This document shows, piece after piece, positions 56,605-64,000 of a DNA stretch of 64,000 nucleotides; the first letter of the stretch is position 1; each line of letters opens with the position of its first letter. The DNA lies in assembly GCA_035703525.1 (NCBI GenBank), contig DASSYA010000026.1, forward strand, positions 9,866 to 73,865. The letters are read 5' to 3'. Under the pieces are notes generated by a model, which was given only the letters and a program-made list of their open reading frames with translations, made no database searches and had not been told where the DNA came from. This stretch comes from Gemmatimonadales bacterium (lineage in GTDB: Bacteria > Gemmatimonadota > Gemmatimonadetes > Gemmatimonadales > GWC2-71-9). Position numbers and translations under genes: made by a program.

Positions 56605-58356
56605 TCAGCGTCGACCCTCGTCGATCCGCCCGAGCTCACCGACCACAACCAGCTCGGACTCACCCGCGATATCGAGCCAGAACCCAGGTGCCTGCACGCC
56701 GATCGACGTCCACGTCGTGCCATCGAAGCGATACACCTGGCGAAAATCGCCGATGATGTAGTACGACGAACCGTAGCGCCGGATGCCGCGAATGTCATTG
56801 AGCGTCGGGGAGTATTGGGGCACCCAGCCGCTTCCCTCTCCCCGGATGATGGTGCCGAAGTCGCCCACGAACCAGACATCACGCTCGCCGGAGACCGCGA
56901 TCCCGCGAAGATTCTGCTCCGTGCCGACGGAAAGATTGGCCAGCCTGGCACCATCCCACACCATCGCGGTGCCGCTGTCGCCGACGATGTACAGCCGATC
57001 CCATCGGTCGCCGGCCACGCGCCGGAGGAACCGTCCGGTCCCGCTCGCGACGGATCGCCAACTGCCGTGCTCGCGCACCAGGACGGTCCCGCCGCGTCCG
57101 ACCGCCATGGCATGCGTGCCGTCGTACCAGACCGAGCGGAGCAGTGCGCCGGTGGTCACCGCTTCCCGCGTCCATGCATCACCCTGCTGATGCATGATGG
57201 TTCCGCTGTCGCCAACCGCGATCCGGTCCGTGCCCGAAGGCCCCGCCACCCCATAGAGCGAGGCGGGCGTCGGGATGTGGACCGGCACCCATCCCCCCCC
57301 CACATGCCGGGCGTACGCCAGGCCGCCGGTGCCGACCGCCAGCGCGGGCCCGGTCGCGGGGACGTGCACGCCATACAGGGTGCCTCCTGCCAGTGCAGTG
57401 CCCCAGCCGGTCGACTCGTCGAGGATCGTGCCAGCCCAGCCAACCGCCGTCCGATGCCCCACCGGTCCGGTGATGCCACGCAGGTTCTCGCGAGCGCCCC
57501 GCACCTCCGCCTGCTGCCAGGTGACGCCGTCGCCCTCGAGGATCGTGCCGCCGTCGCCGAGGACGGTGAACCGCCCCGGGGCAGCCGGCTTGATGTCGAA
57601 GAGGTTGAGGAACGTCGGGGAGTCGACCGTGCGCCAGGTGTCACCCTCGCGAAGGACGATCGTCCCACCGCTGCCGACCGCAACGATGCGACCGCCGGGC
57701 TCGCTCGCAACCGCGAACAGGGTGCGAACCGTCGGCGAGGCACGTGCGAGCCAGGTGACACCGCTATCCCGACTCTCGAGGATGGTGCCACTCTGGCCCA
57801 CCGCCACCAGGTCGTCGAGGCCGGACCCGCCGATCCCCCAGATCTCCGCCGTCGTCCCGGTGGTGGCCGGCACCCAGCCGGTCCCGGTGCGGCGCAGGAT
57901 GAGCCCGCCGACGCCATGGACCCAGGCATCGGCGGGGGAGAGGCCCCAGATGCCCAGCAGGACGTTCCCGCCGCTGGGCACACCCAGGCCGTGCCACGTG
58001 CCGTCGCTCTCCCGCTGGAAGAGGTCGGTTCCCGCCGCCACGAGCAGTTCGCCTGACTCCCCCCCCCAGATGCCGATCGCCACCCCGCCGCCCGGGAGCG
58101 GTTCGCTCCGCCAGGCGGGTCCGGTGCGGGTCAACACGGCGCCCTGGCTGGACCCGACCCATGGTGTGCCGGCCTGATCGGTGAATGCGGCGAGCAGCGA
58201 GGCATCCGTGAGCCCGTGCACCATCGTGGCCAGCGCGACAAACGGCGCCACAGGTGGTGGTGGCGGGGGGGGGATGACCAGGTCGGGCGGATGGCACCCC
58301 GCGCCCAGGACGAGGCACGCGGCCAGCCGCCAGCGCGGGGAGGACCTGCGGATCAT
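56605..58356 (-). CDS. Large beta-propeller lipoprotein with Ycf48/BNR-like G-x-x-GTIL repeats
   Basis: MIRRSSPRWRLAACLVLGAGC (lipobox), a PPPPPPP linker, then more than 10 repeats of the ...VGxxGTIL/V...W... type. Confidence 0.6.
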   Translation of the reverse strand: MIRRSSPRWRLAACLVLGAGCHPPDLVIPPPPPPPVAPFVALATMVHGLTDASLLAAFTDQAGTPWVGSSQGAVLTRTGPAWRSEPLPGGGVAIGIWGGESGELLVAAGTDLFQRESDGTWHGLGVPSGGNVLLGIWGLSPADAWVHGVGGLILRRTGTGWVPATTGTTAEIWGIGGSGLDDLVAVGQSGTILESRDSGVTWLARASPTVRTLFAVASEPGGRIVAVGSGGTIVLREGDTWRTVDSPTFLNLFDIKPAAPGRFTVLGDGGTILEGDGVTWQQAEVRGARENLRGITGPVGHRTAVGWAGTILDESTGWGTALAGGTLYGVHVPATGPALAVGTGGLAYARHVGGGWVPVHIPTPASLYGVAGPSGTDRIAVGDSGTIMHQQGDAWTREAVTTGALLRSVWYDGTHAMAVGRGGTVLVREHGSWRSVASGTGRFLRRVAGDRWDRLYIVGDSGTAMVWDGARLANLSVGTEQNLRGIAVSGERDVWFVGDFGTIIRGEGSGWVPQYSPTLNDIRGIRRYGSSYYIIGDFRQVYRFDGTTWTSIGVQAPGFWLDIAGESELVVVGELGRIDEGRR

Positions 58357-58419
58357 CGAGCATGCCTTGGGCACCAGGGCTCCGGGATCGGGACGGGCGA
58401 TGTCATGCGCTGCGCATCG

Positions 58420-59574
58420 TCAGGGCGGAGCGGTCGCCGACGTGACGCCGGCACAACGGATCAGCACGAGGATATCGGCGCGTTGCTGCCGATAGAGGAA
58501 TGCCCCGGCGACGGCGGCGAGGACCAGGAGGGCGAGGCGGGCCGTCGAGGCACCCCCGACCAGCGGACCGGCCAGTCCCAGGGTCGCGACGATGGCCAGC
58601 ATCATCCCGCTCCGCCAGCCGCGGACCTCGCGGCCGCGATGCTCGGCGAGGGCAAAACCCAGCGCGGCGTAACCAACCACGACCTGCACGAACAACAGCG
58701 TCGCGGCCCGGGTTGCCTGACCGCCACCGTCCCACGTCAACGACCCCAGGTTCGGCGAGGTCGTCACGAACCACGGAGCAAGCAGGGCGAGGACAACCAG
58801 CACCGCCGAGGGCTCCACGCGTCGTTCGGTTCGCGTCCGGCGTCCCCACCAGCGATCACCCGCCACGAGGCCGACTGCGAAGCCGCCACACGCAAGCGTC
58901 CCCCAGGCTGGCCGGATGATCACCGCCGGAAGCAGCGCCACGATCGCCCAGGCAGCCCCGACCCGGGCCAGAGGTGGGATCCGGGTCGGCGTGGCGGGAC
59001 GTGCCCCGCTCCGACCCGCCGCGGCAAGCGCCACACCCGCGCCTGCGGCGACCGGCAGCATCAGCCAGACACGATCAGCCGAGACGAGGCCTGCCATTGC
59101 CAGAAGCCAGGCCAGCGGCACCAGCATCCAGGCCAACGCCACCAGCGGCAGGTCAAGGAAGAATCGGGAAACCAGGACCGCACCCTCGCCCACTCGGCGG
59201 CGAACATGCACCGAGACCAAGGCTCCGACCCCGGCCCCCACTCCGTTCGCGAGGATGTCGGACAGCGCGCTGTAGCGCCCGGGAAGCATCAGCTGGGCAC
59301 TCTCGATGAGCAACGAGGTGAGCAGGCCGACCACCATGATGCGGATGACTGTCCAGCGGCCGCCTTGAACCCGCTCGAGGAGAAAGCCGAGCGGCACGAA
59401 CAGAATGATGTTGAGGACCACGTCGCGCAGCTCGGTTGCGGCCAGTGGCTCCCATGTGGCGGTCCTGAGGAGCGCCGGGACGAAGGTGAATGGTGCCAGC
59501 ACGATCGCGGCCACCACCAGCCCGAGCCAGACGAGCAGCAACCAGCCCAGCCGCCGACCTGCGAGGTCAGCCAT
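58420..59574 (-). CDS. VanZ-like family membrane protein with an extended multi-TM C-terminus
   Basis: N-terminal ...NIILFVPLGFLL...ESAQL.LPGR..S..D...N..GA..G is the VanZ signature, followed by about 8 further TM segments. Confidence 0.7.
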   Translation of the reverse strand: MADLAGRRLGWLLLVWLGLVVAAIVLAPFTFVPALLRTATWEPLAATELRDVVLNIILFVPLGFLLERVQGGRWTVIRIMVVGLLTSLLIESAQLMLPGRYSALSDILANGVGAGVGALVSVHVRRRVGEGAVLVSRFFLDLPLVALAWMLVPLAWLLAMAGLVSADRVWLMLPVAAGAGVALAAAGRSGARPATPTRIPPLARVGAAWAIVALLPAVIIRPAWGTLACGGFAVGLVAGDRWWGRRTRTERRVEPSAVLVVLALLAPWFVTTSPNLGSLTWDGGGQATRAATLLFVQVVVGYAALGFALAEHRGREVRGWRSGMMLAIVATLGLAGPLVGGASTARLALLVLAAVAGAFLYRQQRADILVLIRCAGVTSATAPP

Positions 59575-59632
59575 TGCGAGGGCGATTACACTGTGATATC
59601 ATATCGATGTCACCTTGAACCAGGATCCTGTC

Positions 59633-60502
59633 ATGATTCGTGAAGTCACTCGCAAGGCCACCAACGGGGTCGTCGCCCTTCTCCTGCTGCTGCTTCTCGC
59701 CGTCCTCGCCCTTGCCGTCTTCGCGAGCGGTGTCCGCGACGACAGCGCGCTCAAGGGGGTGCTCGGCATCCTGTTCGGTCTCGCTACGCTGATCGGGCTG
59801 ACCGGCCTCTTCGCGATCCAGCCGAACAATGCGAAGGCCCTGACCCTCTTCGGCAAGTACAAGGGCTCGGTCCGCGAACCCGGGCTCTGGTGGGTGAACC
59901 CGTTCATGGCGAAGAAGCTGGTCTCGCTCCGCGTGCGCAACTTCGAGACGGCGAAGCTGAAGGTCAACGATCTCGATTCCAATCCGGTCGAGATCGGCGC
60001 GGTGGTGGTCTGGCAGGTTTTCGATAGCGCCGAGGCGCTCTTCGAGGTCGACAACTACGAGGACTACGTCCGCGTGCAGAGCGAGTCGGCCGTGCGCTCG
60101 CTGGCGACGCAGTACCCCTATGACGCCCACTCGGCTGATGTCGTGTCATTGAGCCACAATGCCGCCGACATCTCGGAACGGCTCGCTCACGAGGTCCAGG
60201 ATCGCCTGCAGAAGGCGGGCATCAAGGTGCTCGAGGCCCGGATCACGCACCTCGCCTACGCCCCCGAGATCGCCCAGGCGATGCTCCGTCGACAGCAGGC
60301 CAGTGCCATCATCGCCGCACGCGAGAAGATCGTCGAGGGCGCCGTCTCGATGGTCGACATGGCACTCAAGCAGATCGAGCGCGACGGCATCGTGGTCCTC
60401 GACGAGGAGCGCAAGGCCGCGATGGTGTCGAACCTGCTCGTGACCCTCTGCACGGACCAGCCGATGCACCCGGTGATCAACACCGGCACCCTGCACCACT
60501 GA
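59633..60502 (+). CDS. SPFH/Band-7 domain protein
   Basis: TM anchor, then SPFH-like body (...LRVRNFETAKLKVND..SNPVEIGAVVVWQV...). ATG at 59633; alternative TTG at 59615. Confidence 0.8.
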   Translation: MIREVTRKATNGVVALLLLLLLAVLALAVFASGVRDDSALKGVLGILFGLATLIGLTGLFAIQPNNAKALTLFGKYKGSVREPGLWWVNPFMAKKLVSLRVRNFETAKLKVNDLDSNPVEIGAVVVWQVFDSAEALFEVDNYEDYVRVQSESAVRSLATQYPYDAHSADVVSLSHNAADISERLAHEVQDRLQKAGIKVLEARITHLAYAPEIAQAMLRRQQASAIIAAREKIVEGAVSMVDMALKQIERDGIVVLDEERKAAMVSNLLVTLCTDQPMHPVINTGTLHH

Positions 60503-60505
60503 CCG

Positions 60506-60679
60506 ATGGCGGAACGCAAGGCGACCCTCGTCCGGCTCGACCCGGCGCTGCATGCGGCACTGCAGCGCTGGGCCGCCGACGAACTGCGCTCATTCAATGC
60601 ACAGGTGGAGTATCTGCTGTCGCGGGCGCTCAAGGAGCACGGGCGAACGCCACGCGCGCCGAGGAAGGATGAGGGATGA
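60506..60679 (+). CDS. Ribbon-helix-helix (Arc/MetJ-like) small DNA-binding protein, 57 aa
   Basis: Not in the ORF track (under 60 aa). MAERKATLVRLDPALHAALQRWAADELRSFNAQVEYLLSRALKEHG fits a beta-strand plus two-helix RHH pattern. Lies 3 nt after the SPFH stop. Confidence 0.6.
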   Translation: MAERKATLVRLDPALHAALQRWAADELRSFNAQVEYLLSRALKEHGRTPRAPRKDEG

Positions 60680-60708
60680 AGGATCGGCAACCCCCTCATT
60701 CCTCATCC
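60667..60708. terminator. GGATGAR heptad hairpin element (family 2), copy 2; bidirectional terminator
   Basis: GGATGAGGGATGAAGG-atcggcaacc-CCCTCATTCCTCATCC, 14 of 16 bases paired. Spans both convergent stop codons. Confidence 0.7.
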
Positions 60709-61214
60709 GTCACCCTCGATTCCTGACCGTCGCCTGTCGGTCCGTTCTCGACCTCGGGTTGGTCGGTGTCATCCCTGCCGCGCTCGCGAGCCTGCCTCGC
60801 CAGCGCCTCATAATCCCGATGGATCGCCTCGAGGTCCTCCTGCTCGAGTTCCTCGAGGTCGAGCAGCCGGTTGTGCGCGCCCTTCGTGGCCCGGATCAGC
60901 TCGTCGAGCTTGACCTGGACCGCCTCGGCGTCACGGTTCTGGGTGTTCTGGATGAGAAAGACCATCAGGAAGGTCACAACCGTGGTGCCGGTGTTGATCA
61001 CCAGCTGCCACGTGTCGCTCCAGTGGAAGAGGGGCCCGGTCACGGCCCACACAGCGACGACCAGGACGGCGAGCACGAAGGTCACCGGTCGCCCGGTCGC
61101 CCGGGACGTCCATTTCGCGAAGGCACGGAAGCGGGATGGGGCAGCTGGCACCCGCACGTCCTCTCGGAGGGTGGAGGAGCAAGAACGAGAAACCCGGCCT
61201 GAAGGATCAGGCAT
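60696..61214 (-). CDS. Low-affinity iron permease family protein (Fet4-like, PF04120-type)
   Basis: FRAFAKWTSRATGRPVTFVLAVLVVAVW...SDTWQLVINTGTTVVTFLMVFLIQNTQNRD..A.Q.KLDELI. Start uncertain (61214, 61157, 61151 or 61316). Confidence 0.7.
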   Translation of the reverse strand: MPDPSGRVSRSCSSTLREDVRVPAAPSRFRAFAKWTSRATGRPVTFVLAVLVVAVWAVTGPLFHWSDTWQLVINTGTTVVTFLMVFLIQNTQNRDAEAVQVKLDELIRATKGAHNRLLDLEELEQEDLEAIHRDYEALARQARERGRDDTDQPEVENGPTGDGQESRVTDEE

Positions 61215-61863
61215 CACGCCGTCAGGATCAAGGGTTGGCGGCCCGAAGGGCGGCGATGACGAATTCATCATCCGCGGCTCCGCTTCCGCAACCGCATCGT
61301 CCACCGCGCCGCTCAATGTTGACCCGACCAGCTTCTCACTCGCCTTCTTCGAAGTCCGGCTGTCGACCCATGCGGATTGTTCGGGCCCCTACGTCACGGC
61401 GATGACCGCGAGTCCGGCGCGCCGGTTCGACCTGAGCACGAATCCCGAGATCGTCCGGGTGAGCGGGTTGCCCGATGGTTCCTATCCGTGCGTCGCGATG
61501 CGGATCAGCGACCTGCTGCAGGCCGTCCCGGCCAGTACGGAGGGTAGCTGCGTCGCCGGCGTGATGTTCACCCACGACATCTACCGCGCGGGCAACGAGC
61601 CCACGCCCTATCTGGACATCGCCGGCAGCCCGATCACGGCGAGAGGAACGGACGCCACTCCGGTCGAGGATCCCGTCTGGGCCTTCCTGTCGACCGACAC
61701 GGCAGCCGTCGCCGCGCGTGGTTACAGTCCGAACCAGATCGTCCTGCTGTCGGCCCAGCTCCACGTCCCGGGGTCGACCACGTTCTATTGGGACGCCTCG
61801 AACGGCCTGCGGCCGACCGTCAGCGGATGTGACATCGTGGCTGGCGAAGTCGGCTTCCGCTGA
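61171..61863 (+). CDS. Hypothetical Cys-containing protein; start codon unresolved
   Basis: The 3' two-thirds of ORF 60871..61863 has coding-like GC3 and a beta-rich sequence (FSLAFFEVRLSTHADCSGPY...). There is no signal peptide and no good start; GTG 61171 or ATG near 61399 are candidates. Confidence 0.3.
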   Translation: MEEQERETRPEGSGITPSGSRVGGPKGGDDEFIIRGSASATASSTAPLNVDPTSFSLAFFEVRLSTHADCSGPYVTAMTASPARRFDLSTNPEIVRVSGLPDGSYPCVAMRISDLLQAVPASTEGSCVAGVMFTHDIYRAGNEPTPYLDIAGSPITARGTDATPVEDPVWAFLSTDTAAVAARGYSPNQIVLLSAQLHVPGSTTFYWDASNGLRPTVSGCDIVAGEVGFR

Positions 61864-61867
61864 TCCT

Positions 61868-61910
61868 CGATGAAGGATGACGGATGGAGGATGAAGGCTG
61901 ATCCTCCATC
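61868..61910. terminator. GGATGAN heptad hairpin element (family 2), copy 3
   Basis: CGATGAA GGATGAC GGATGGA GGATGAA, with a perfect 10-bp stem GATGGAGGAT/ATCCTCCATC, between convergent genes. Confidence 0.7.
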
Positions 61911-61925
61911 GTCGATCATGCGTCG

Positions 61926-62609
61926 TCAGTCCTGCGTCGTGAGTCGATCCATGAACGCCGCGATCGTCGCGACCGTTGCATCGATCGGCAGCATCCCCGT
62001 CTCAGGACCCGCCTCCCGGATCAGGCAGATCTCTCCGAGTGCCGCGCCACCGGTGCCGAGTGCCGCCGCGGGGCTCCGGATCGCGGCGCGTACCGAGGCC
62101 ACGGGGAGGGCGTTCGTGGCCAGCCAGGCGGTGATCACATCCGGGTACGGCAGTCCGCGAGCCCCGCTGCCGCCAACCACCACCTGCCCACCGAGCCCCA
62201 GGCCGAGGCCACTGAAGAGCCGGGGAATCAGGTGCGGCTCGCCGACGAAGAGCAGCAGGACCGGCGCACCAGAGCCCAGGATCTGTGCCCATGCGGCCTC
62301 GGTCCGCGGTGCCAGTCGCAGCAAGCCGGAGGCGAAGAACCCTTCCCACTCGCGGACGACGCGGCGCTCGAGCGCGGGGATCTGCTCGATCAGGTCGAAG
62401 CGCCCATGGCCCTCCAGGAGGGTCCGGAGCGCCCAGTCGATCGAGGCCCCTGCGACCTGATCGATGGCCCCCGGCCTGAGCACGACGCCCTCTCCGGCCA
62501 GGAGATCCGCATACGTGCGCGCCATCAGGTCCCGGTCGTCAACGAGGGGGCCGATCACCTCGATCACCAGACCACCGGCCTTGCCGCTATTTTCGGTCGT
62601 GTGGTTCAC
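61926..62609 (-). CDS. HAD-like fold protein with non-canonical motif I (tentative)
   Basis: GTG at 62609 with a GGTGGAGAG RBS. LVIEVIGPLVDD resembles HAD motif I but carries Glu instead of the nucleophilic Asp. Weak call. Confidence 0.4.
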   Translation of the reverse strand: MNHTTENSGKAGGLVIEVIGPLVDDRDLMARTYADLLAGEGVVLRPGAIDQVAGASIDWALRTLLEGHGRFDLIEQIPALERRVVREWEGFFASGLLRLAPRTEAAWAQILGSGAPVLLLFVGEPHLIPRLFSGLGLGLGGQVVVGGSGARGLPYPDVITAWLATNALPVASVRAAIRSPAAALGTGGAALGEICLIREAGPETGMLPIDATVATIAAFMDRLTTQD

Positions 62610-62636
62610 TCTCCACCTCTTTGGGGGTCTCGTTTC

Positions 62637-63107
62637 ATGTCTCGCATCCATCCGTCGTTTCTCGCCATGCCACTCGCCCTTCTTGCCTCGGTCGCCTGCG
62701 CACCCAAGGCGGCCGAGGATGCCGGGAGCCAGGATTCCACCAACGTTGCCGTCATCGATGTCCCGGCCTCGCCGCGCATTGTCTCCATCGACATCGGTCG
62801 CGCCCTGGATGCGAACAACCACATCATGGGTGGCGGTGTCGAGCGATTCCCCCATGGTGACACGCTGTACGTCGCCCTCGGTGCCTCACATGTCCCGACC
62901 GGCACACCGATCTCGGTGCGACTGATGAGTGGCGACAAGATCCTCGAGACCGTGGAGCTCACGGCGACCGAACCAGCAGCGGATGGCACGGCACAGCTGA
63001 CCGCCACCCTGCCGAGCGGTGCCAATGCCACCGCTGGACTCTATCGCGTCGAGGTCCTCCTCGATGGCACCTCCCAGGGGATCCGGGAGATCACCTTCGA
63101 CAGCTGA
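62637..63107 (+). CDS. Lipoprotein, unknown function
   Basis: MSRIHPSFLAMPLALLASVAC (lipobox), followed by a beta-rich 130-aa domain. Confidence 0.6.
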   Translation: MSRIHPSFLAMPLALLASVACAPKAAEDAGSQDSTNVAVIDVPASPRIVSIDIGRALDANNHIMGGGVERFPHGDTLYVALGASHVPTGTPISVRLMSGDKILETVELTATEPAADGTAQLTATLPSGANATAGLYRVEVLLDGTSQGIREITFDS

Positions 63108-63135
63108 ATCGGTGTCCGTCGCAGTCGGGACGCGC

Positions 63136-63591
63136 TCAGGTGCCCGACTGCGACACACCGTTGCCATTGCGGTTGCCGAGGAACCGGCGTTCGAAGCGAC
63201 GGCCGCCCACCAGGACCACCAACGCGATGGCCGTTGCCACGCCGGCCTGCATGTAGAGCCCCACGCCGCACGCCACCCCGATGCCGGCCACCAGCCAGAT
63301 TGCTGCCGCCGTCGTGAGCCCCTCGACATCGCGATCCTCTCGGTGGTTCATGATCACTCCGGCCCCCAGGAATCCGACGCCGGTGAGCACACCCTGGATC
63401 ACTCGAGAGATCGGGTTGGGATCAGGGTTGGCATTGGCGAGCATCACCACCGGCGCGAAGGCGCCCCCGAGGGCGACCAGGGCCAGCGTCTTGAGGCCGG
63501 CCGGCTTGTGTCGCAATTCGCGATCGGCACCGATGATCGCACCGATGAGCGTCGCCGCACCGAGACGCCAGAGCACATCGATCACGTCCAC
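63136..63591 (-). CDS. mgtC: MgtC/SapB family membrane protein
   Basis: LWRLGAATLIGAIIGADRE...AGLKT.ALVALG...VLTGVGFLGAG.I......V.GLTTAA.IW..A.IG.A.G. Start uncertain (63591 or 63687, both GTG). Confidence 0.7.
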   Translation of the reverse strand: MDVIDVLWRLGAATLIGAIIGADRELRHKPAGLKTLALVALGGAFAPVVMLANANPDPNPISRVIQGVLTGVGFLGAGVIMNHREDRDVEGLTTAAAIWLVAGIGVACGVGLYMQAGVATAIALVVLVGGRRFERRFLGNRNGNGVSQSGT

Positions 63592-63730
63592 CTGTTCCCC
63601 CTTGATGTCGAAGGTCCACCGGAAGGGAGCCGCGACCTGCCGGAACGGCAAGGGTGACCCGGTGTCCCAACCGGATTCACTGTTCACCCAGCGGTGGCGG
63701 CCCGACCACGCACACCCGTAGAATGGCTGC

Positions 63731-64000
63731 ATGATGACCCCAGCCCTCCCGGCACGCCGGACCATGCACCAGGCGGTGACCGACCGCGATCCCGCCTGGG
63801 ATGGCGTCTTCATTGTCGCGATCACCACCACGGGCGTGGCCTGCCGTCCGACCTGTCCCTCGCGGGCGGCGCGACCCGAGCATCGCCGGTTCTTCCCGAC
63901 CCTCGAGGCTGCGGTCGAGGCGGGGTTCCGTGCCTGCCTCCGATGCCGCCCAGAGCTCACCTCGACCACACCGGCCGTCTGGGAGCGGGCAGTCGCCCTC
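63731..64000 (+). CDS. ada: Ada-type methylphosphotriester-DNA methyltransferase / AraC-family regulator, N-terminal Zn domain (partial; runs off the window)
   Basis: MHQAVTDRDPAWDGVFIVAITTTGVACRPTCPSRAARPEHRRFFPTLEAAVEAGFRACLRCRPE matches the Ada N-terminal Cys4 domain. Confidence 0.7.
   Translation, partial: MMTPALPARRTMHQAVTDRDPAWDGVFIVAITTTGVACRPTCPSRAARPEHRRFFPTLEAAVEAGFRACLRCRPELTSTTPAVWERAVAL

Overview
High-GC bacterial chromosomal segment (roughly two-thirds G+C by eye, not computed). It is densely packed and strongly operonic; about 20 gene junctions have ATGA/GTGA-type stop/start overlaps. Gene content fits a diderm, plausibly Gemmatimonadota or an FCB-group relative; this is a guess, since no rRNA is present to test it. 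I found no rRNA, tRNA, CRISPR array, transposase or integrase.

Gene blocks:
- 1-4.4 kb: ABC exporter, PorX-like response regulator, heptosyltransferase, DnaB_C-like protein.
- 4.9-19.6 kb (+): housekeeping run yebC-ruvCAB-queA-dinB-tgt-yajC-def-fmt-thiE-like-thiSG-rsmB-PASTA-rpe-tlpA x2-tsaD-lgt.
- 19.7-21.8 kb: visibly lower-GC three-gene lipoprotein cassette bracketed by two copies of a ~150-nt structured RNA.
- 21.8-36.0 kb (-): cytochrome c-FTR1 iron permease, then a 10-gene envelope cluster (tamA-tamB-lipid kinase-degenerate NtrC-like regulator-CxxC protein-NlpC/P60-HAD-CYTH-membrane protein-acpS).
- 36-42.7 kb (+): dacB, fprA, PduO-type adenosyltransferase, aroB, sigma-70 factor, ygfZ.
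- 42.7-64 kb: more accessory genes. AAA+/VWA pair, MFS transporter, L,D-transpeptidase, M48 protease, ThrE, a Tat-exported oxidoreductase/isomerase/FGE operon, ApbE, a large beta-propeller lipoprotein, VanZ, SPFH+RHH, iron permease, MgtC and the Ada N-terminus.

Most interesting non-genic signals:
1. A duplicated promoter-plus-terminator sRNA-like gene with a compensatory base-pair change and an exposed anti-Shine-Dalgarno CCUCC.
2. Dispersed heptanucleotide (GAGAAGY)n arrays that fill intergenic regions, donate stop codons to two genes and bracket the VWA gene.
3. A second GGATGAA-based hairpin element family at three gene ends.
4. An excess of G/C homopolymer tracts sharply peaked at 9 nt inside conserved genes.
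5. Two genes whose conserved N-termini can only begin at a CTG embedded in a CTGA stop/start overlap.
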